The notes beneath the pieces were generated by a model. That model searched no databases. It was not told the origin of the DNA and was given only the letters and a program-made list of their open reading frames with translations. DNA of 58,615 nt from Vicinamibacteria bacterium (GTDB lineage Bacteria > Acidobacteriota > Vicinamibacteria > Vicinamibacterales > CAVVIG01): contig JBGPHH010000001.1 of the NCBI GenBank assembly GCA_041484265.1, positions 1 to 58,615 of the forward strand, read 5' to 3'. A program made the translations under genes and the position numbers. Below are positions 55,004-58,615 of the stretch, piece by piece (the stretch's first letter is position 1; each line of letters opens with the position of its first letter).

Positions 55004-57617
55004 ATGGCCCAGCCGGTTCTAAAGCGACTGTTCTGCCTGTTCGGCGTATGCCTGGCCTGCCTTTGTCCCGCCGCCGGCCTCGCGCAGACGGCGCGCGATG
55101 GCCGACTGCTGGTGACGGTGGTCGATCCAAGCGGCGCCATCGTGCCCGATGCGACCGTCACCGTCGTCGGGCTCGAGACGGCCACCAAGGCCATCGAGCG
55201 GCTTCCGGTCAAGTCCACCGACAAGGGTATCGCAACCGTTGACGGCCTCGTGCCGGGCCGGTACAGCATTCAGGCGGAGTTCCCAGGCTTCGATCTCGGT
55301 CTCTTGCGCGACGTCCGCGTGCGGGTCGGCGACAACAAGCACCTGGTTGTGCTGCCGCTCAAGAAGATCGAGGACGCAGTGACGGTGGGCCCCGGGACGC
55401 AGTCGGCGGCGTCGGACCGCGGCAATGCGACGTTCGGGCTGGCGTTATCGACGACGCAGATTGAGGCGCTCTCGGACGATCCGACCGAGCTCGCCAGCCA
55501 GTTGACCGACCTGGCCGGCTCAGAGGCCATCATCCGCGTCGACAGCTTCGAAGGCCAGCAGCTGCCGCCCAAGTCGCAGATCAAGTCGATCCACGTGACG
55601 CGCGACCAGTTTGCCGCAGAAACGGAGTTCCCTGGTTCGACGTTTGTCGACGTCATCACGCAGCCGGGCGTCGGACCGATCCGTGGCGGCGCGAACATGT
55701 CGTTTCGCGACAGCGCGCTCAATGCCCGAAATCCGTTCGCCCCCACCAAGGGCGCCGAGCAGAATCGGGGGTACGGGTTCAACATCGGCGGGGCGCTCGC
55801 CACGAACAGGAGCAATTTCTCGCTGTCGGTCAATGGTCGCAACGATTACACCACGCCCAATTTGAATGCGGCGCTCCCGACCGGCGCGAGCACGCAGGTG
55901 CTGAATCTGCGGCAACCCAACAATTTCGTCAACGTCAACGCGCTCGTGGACTATGCGTTGACGAAGGATCAGACGCTGCGTTTCGGCTACTCACAGGTCA
56001 GCAATACCTCGAGCAATCTGGGGATTGGCGCGTACGATCTCGAGGAGCGCGCATTTTCGAACTACTTCTCCAACTACACGTTCCGCGCGCTCGAGGCGGG
56101 GCCCATCGGGCGGCGCTCCTTCATCAACACGCGCATGTCGGTGACGTGGTCCGATTTTGGATCGCGCTCGACGGTCGAGGTGCCGACCATCATCGTGCAG
56201 GATGCGTTCACGAGCGGCGGGGCGCAGCAGGCAGGCGGCACGCACAGCCGGAACGTGTCGCTTGCGTCAGACCTCGACCACGTCCGCGGGATGCATTCGT
56301 GGCGCACCGGCGTCCTCGTCACGGGCGGCTGGTTCAACAGCGATGCGAACCAGAACTACCTCGGCACGTACATCTTCAGCAGTCTGGCGGACTATCAGGC
56401 CGGGCAGCCCGCCCTGTACACACGCCAGATCGGGGATCCGACGGTCAGCTATTTCAATGGCCAGGGGGCCGTTTATCTGCAGGACGACATTCGCCTCAGC
56501 AAGAGTCTGACGCTGAGTCCCGGCGTCCGGTACAGCGTCCAGACGCACGTGTCGGATTTCACCGCGGTGGCGCCGCGATTTGGCGTCACCTGGTCGCCCT
56601 TCAAGAGCGGCACGACCACGCTGCGGGCGAGCGCCGGTGTCTTCAACGGGTGGCTCCCCACATTCATCCTCGAGCAGACGCTGCGGGTCGATGGCCAGCA
56701 TCAGCGCGAACTCTCGATCGTCAACCCATCCTTTCCCGATCCCGGCACGGGCGGCGTCGTGCCGCCGACCAACAAGTACGTGCTCGGCGACTTCGGGCTC
56801 CAACGCAACCTGCGGTACAGCGCCGGCGTCGATCACACGTTTTCGCCGCGGCTGCGCGGCAACGTGCTGTACAACTACATCCACCTCTCCGAGCAGGCGC
56901 GCGGGAACAACCTGAACGCGCCGGTGGCCGGCGTGCGGCCAGACCCCAACTTCGCCAACATCATCGAAGTCGTCACGGATACCGAGATTCGCCGGCACGA
57001 GGTGTACGTGAATGCGACGTTCAACCTGACTGCGCCCTCACCCGCGGCCAACCGCGATCGGGTGAATTGGCGCCGGCTGACGTTCGTCGGCGCGTATTCG
57101 ATGATTCACGCGCGGAACAACAGCGGGGGGCCGTTTGTGGTGCCGCCGAGCGGTTCGGTCGACGCGGACTGGGGGCCTGGGGGGGGCCGACATGCCGTAC
57201 CGGATCAATGCGACGTTGACCAGCACGCAGGTGAGGAACCTGGCGATCAATCTCAATTGGGCCGCGAGCGACGGCTTTGTGTACAACGAAACGACCGGTT
57301 TCGACGACAATCAGGACGGGCTGCTCAACGACCGTCCCGCGGGCGTCGGACTCCGCAGCCTGCGGACCGCGCCGCAGTCGACCATCAACACGCGAGTCAC
57401 ATATACGTGGATGCTGGCGAACGGATCGTCCGAAATACCCACCGCGCCAGGGGCGCCAGCCCGTTATCGCGTGAGCCTGTTCCTCAACGTGACCAACCTG
57501 ATGAATCGCTCCAACCTTGGCGGTTACAGCGGCATCATGACGTCGCCATTTTTTGAACAGCCGACTGTGGCGTTCAATCCGCGGCGCATCGACGTGGGCA
57601 TGAACGTCAGCTTCTGA
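55004..57617 (+). pseudogene. TonB-dependent-receptor-like outer-membrane protein with an N-terminal CarboxypepD_reg domain, frame broken at a G8 tract
   Basis: N-terminus LLVTVVDPSGAIVPDATVTV...GRYSIQAEFPGF. Frame 2 becomes nonsense after ...DADWGPGG at 57179..57186. Frame 3 continues with MPYRINATL...IDVGMNVSF (terminal Phe). Confidence 0.75.
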
Positions 57618-57684
57618 CGGCTGAAACTTTCGCCCCCTTTCTGTGTTCTCCCTCCAGTGAACGCCACGGGACGCTGTCCCAGCT

Positions 57685-58209
57685 GTGACCGACGCACACC
57701 AGTTTGAGGCGTTCGTGCGAAGGTATCAGGACATGGTGTTTGCCACCGCCGTCCGGCTGCTCGGCGACCGGGCGGAGGCCGAGGATGTGGCGCAAACCGT
57801 GTTCTTACGGGCGTTTCAGCACTTCGACGCGATCGGGTCGAGCCCGACCGCGGCCGGTTGGCTGAAGACGGTGACGAGGAATGCTTGTCTCAATCACCTC
57901 TCGCGGTACCGGGCGCGTTGGCGGTTCTTCAGCGAGCTCGAGTCTCCCGGCCACGACCCGTTCGAGGCGGCGGTCGAACTCCCGCCGGCGCCGGAAGGGG
58001 ACCAGGCCGATCGGCGCGAGCAGCTGGAACAGGCGATCCGCAAGCTTCCAGATCATCAGCGTGTGCCGCTCGTGCTCTTCCATTTTGAAGAGGCGAGCTA
58101 TCAGGAGATCGCCGACACGCTTGGCGTGTCTTTGGCCAAAGTGAAGACCGATATCCATCGCGGCCGCGAGGCCCTGAGACGACTGCTGTCAGACCATGCA
58201 CCCCACTAA
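57685..58209 (+). CDS. ECF-type RNA polymerase sigma factor
   Basis: DVAQTVFLRAFQHF (region 2). YQEIADTLGVSLAKVKTDIHRGREALRR (region 4). Confidence 0.85.
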   Translation: MTDAHQFEAFVRRYQDMVFATAVRLLGDRAEAEDVAQTVFLRAFQHFDAIGSSPTAAGWLKTVTRNACLNHLSRYRARWRFFSELESPGHDPFEAAVELPPAPEGDQADRREQLEQAIRKLPDHQRVPLVLFHFEEASYQEIADTLGVSLAKVKTDIHRGREALRRLLSDHAPH

Positions 58210-58615
58210 TCCGGAAACACGCCGGGTCCAAAAGGACCCGGCCTTCTTGCTTGCCGAGATCGTCGGCAGGGATCTGCGGCAACTGCCGGTGCCGCGCGCG
58301 CCGCAGACGTTGCTGCCGCGTGTGATGGCGGCCGTGCAGGAATGGGCGCGGCGGCCGTGGTACACACGCGCGTGGTTCACCTGGCCGCTCGGGTGGCAGG
58401 CCGCGTCGATCGCCGCCTTCGTCCTGCTCGGAGTCGCCGGCGTGCTGTTGTTGCCGGATGCACAGGCCGCAGCGGTTCGCGTTGCGTCGACGTACGGCAC
58501 GGGAGTGGCCGGCGACGTCGCCGGCTTCGCCGGGCGCGCGGAGACGACGAGAAACGCGGCTGCGATCCTCTGGCGCGCCGTCGTTCAGCCGTTCGCGGCG
58601 TATGCGGTGGCGTTC
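58196..58615 (+). CDS. Putative anti-sigma factor / membrane protein, 3' end cut by window edge
   Basis: Manually translated open frame from the ATG at 58196 to the window end, overlapping the sigma stop by 14 nt. TM WQAASIAAFVLLGVAGVLLL. Not in the supplied ORF track. Confidence 0.5.
   Translation, partial: MHPTNPETRRVQKDPAFLLAEIVGRDLRQLPVPRAPQTLLPRVMAAVQEWARRPWYTRAWFTWPLGWQAASIAAFVLLGVAGVLLLPDAQAAAVRVASTYGTGVAGDVAGFAGRAETTRNAAAILWRAVVQPFAAYAVAF

Noticed and set aside
1-58615. tRNA, rRNA or other structured RNA genes
   Set aside because: No cloverleaf-like or rRNA-like segment was seen in the intergenic regions by eye. A tRNAscan/Infernal run would be needed to exclude small RNAs.

Overview
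This is a high-GC bacterial chromosomal segment. The gene content looks Acidobacteria-like: a TIGR03435-type secreted protein, an ADOP-type duplicated FtsX permease, a Ser/Thr kinase fused to a TolB-like propeller, DUF4097/DUF5916 envelope genes, and ECF sigma/anti-sigma pairs. The main feature is a ~14.3 kb insertion at 5137..19430 with the full architecture of a casposon, i.e. a Cas1-dependent self-synthesizing transposon. It has a near-perfect ~36 bp terminal inverted repeat. A 15 bp direct target-site duplication (CTCACACTGCTTGAC) flanks it on both sides. It encodes a Cas1-family integrase with an intact catalytic E/H/E signature and an unusual C-terminal Zn-ribbon/HTH tail. It also encodes a family B DNA polymerase with all Exo and Pol motifs, although that gene is split by a 1-nt frame disruption. 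Further element genes are an HNH-like nuclease, HTH proteins and cargo: a DUF4062-like protein, a membrane protein and a Ser/Thr kinase-TolB fusion. No CRISPR array or cas2 is visible. Inside the element, right-end-like and left-end-like subterminal sequences lie back to back at 6439..6775, which suggests a fused tandem or mini-element. The insertion sits on the -35 box of the predicted promoter of a Tat-signal-bearing alcohol-dehydrogenase paralog. The rest of the window holds ordinary envelope, transport and regulatory genes, with these oddities: a TAGGGG[C/T] heptamer palindrome, an internally deleted TIGR03435 paralog, a giant NHL/HYR surface protein with near-identical internal module duplications, and a TonB-dependent-receptor-like gene broken at a G8 tract. 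All calls come from reading the sequence and ORF translations by eye. No database search was run.
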